Positions 62,360 through 64,000 of a DNA stretch of 64,000 bases are shown here, piece after piece. The stretch spans positions 14,508,001-14,572,000 of the forward strand of contig NW_027361711.1 of the NCBI RefSeq assembly GCF_039654945.1. The letters are read 5' to 3'. The translations under genes were made by a program, and so were the position numbers. How positions within the stretch are numbered: the stretch's first letter is position 1; each line of letters starts with the position of its first letter. The DNA is from Dendrobates tinctorius. Lineage: Eukaryota. Below the pieces are notes generated by a model. It did not search any database. It saw only the letters and a list, made by a program, of their open reading frames with translations, and was not told where the DNA came from.

Positions 62360-64000
62360 TTAATTATTATTATTTATTTATATAGCGCCATTAATTCCAT
62401 GGTGCTGTCCATGAGAAAGGGGTTACATGCAAACTTATAGATATCATTAACAGTAAACAAATTTACAGTGACAGACTGGTACAGAGGGGAGAGGACCCTG
62501 TCCTTGAGGACTTACATTCTACGGGATAGTGGGGAAGAGACAGAAGGTCGGGGTGCAGCAGCTCTAGTGGTGATGAGGCGGCAGAATGGTTATTGCAGGC
62601 TGTAAGCTTTCCTGAAAAGATGGGTTTTCAGGTTCCGTTTGAAGGATCCGAGGGTGGTGGATAATCGGACGTGTTGAGTTATGGAATTCCAGAGGATAGG
62701 GGATATTCAGGAGAAATCTTGGAGCTGGTTGTCTGAGGAACGAATAAGTGTGGAGGAGAGTAGGAGGTCTTGGGAGGATCGAAGATTACGTGAGGGAAGA
62801 TATTGCGAGATTAGTTCAGAGATATAGGGAGGGGAAAGGTTGTGGATGGCTTTGTAGGTCAGTGTTAGTAGTTTGAACTGGATTCGTTGGTGAATTGGGA
62901 GCCAGTGGAGGGATTTGCAGAGGGGAGAGACAGGGGAGTAGCGAGGAGAGAGGTGGATTAGTCGGGCAGCAGAGTTGAGGACAGACTGGAGTGGTGAAAG
63001 AGTTAGCAGGGAGGCCACAGAGGAGAGTGTTGCAGTAGTCAAGGCGGGAGATGATGAGGGCATGTACAAGAGTTTTAGTAGATTGAGGGCTGAGGAAGGG
63101 ACGGATTCTGGAAATATTTTTGAGTTGGAGGCGACAGGAGGTGGCAAGAGTTTGGACGTGTGGTTTGAAGGACATGGCAGAATCGAGAGTTACTCCAAGG
63201 CAGCAGATTTCAGGTGCGGGAGAGAGTGTGATGCCGTTTACCATAATAGATAGATCGGGTAGGGAAGATACACGAGATGGAAGAAAGATAATGAGTTCAG
63301 TTTTGTCTACACTGAGGTTTAGGAAGCGAGAGGTGAAAACGGAGGATATGGCTGATAGACACTCCGGGATTCTGGACAGCAGAGAGGTGACATCTGGGCC
63401 AGAGAGGTAGATCTGAGTGTTGTCCGCATACAGGTGGAAGCCATGGGACTTTATGAGTTGTCCTAGGCCAAGAGTATAGATGGAAAAAAGTAGGGGCCCC
63501 AGGACGGAGCCTTGGGGGACTCCAACAGAGAGAGGGCAGGATGAGGAGGTAGTGTGGGTGTTGGAAACACTGAATGTGCGGTCAGAAAAGTATGAGGAAA
63601 TCTAGGACAGGGCAAGGTCTTTGATGCCAAGGGAAGAAAGAATCTGTAGCAGTAGGCAGTGGTCAACTGTGTCAAAGTCAGAGGACAGGTCGAGAAGGAG
63701 GAGGATGGAGAACTGCCTGTTAGCTTTGGCTGTGAGTAAGCCATTAGTAATTTTGGTCAGGTCAGTTTCAGTGGAGTGGTGGGGGTGGAAGCCAGATTGG
63801 AGGATGTCAAGGAGGTAGTTAGATGAGAGGTGGGAGGAAAGTTGAGCATGGACATGCTGTTCAAGGAGTTTGGAAGCAAACGGGAGCAGTGATATGGGGC
63901 GATAGCTCGGCATAGGAATTGGGTCAAGGTTTGATTTTTTTGAGAATGGGTATTATGGTGGCATGTTTGAAGGCAGAGGGAAAGGTACCAGAAGATAGGG
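62360..64000 (-). mobile_element. L2-clade LINE, frameshifted RT, runs off the window
   Basis: [53 protein letters not shown]; A/T-rich tail near 62360. Confidence 0.93.

Overview
Eukaryotic, vertebrate DNA; the repeat families and the TRIM type point to an anuran frog (inference). There are two N-gaps (about 433-630 and 39590-39740). I found no intact host protein-coding gene. The window is a dense collection of nested transposons around a broken RING/B-box/coiled-coil/B30.2 TRIM pseudogene. Main components: a Helitron 3' end; a four-level nest (PIF/Harbinger MITE > Tc1 > two-gene Harbinger > hAT-type MITE); a piggyBac transposase fossil; a 9.6 kb hAT element; Kolobok/T2-type TTAA elements; solo LTRs; L2 LINEs; and Penelope-like inserts. 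The most unusual observations: (i) the hAT element carries a ~470 bp degenerate antisense 18S rRNA segment beside a 14x124 bp array; (ii) four minimal hammerhead-ribozyme motifs, three with a compensatory U3-A8 core; (iii) two TRIM halves whose breakpoints meet at the same codon but lie in reversed order; (iv) a Harbinger with a reconstructable 7-exon MADF gene and a D-to-N catalytic substitution in its nuclease. All calls come from manual reading; no database searches were run.
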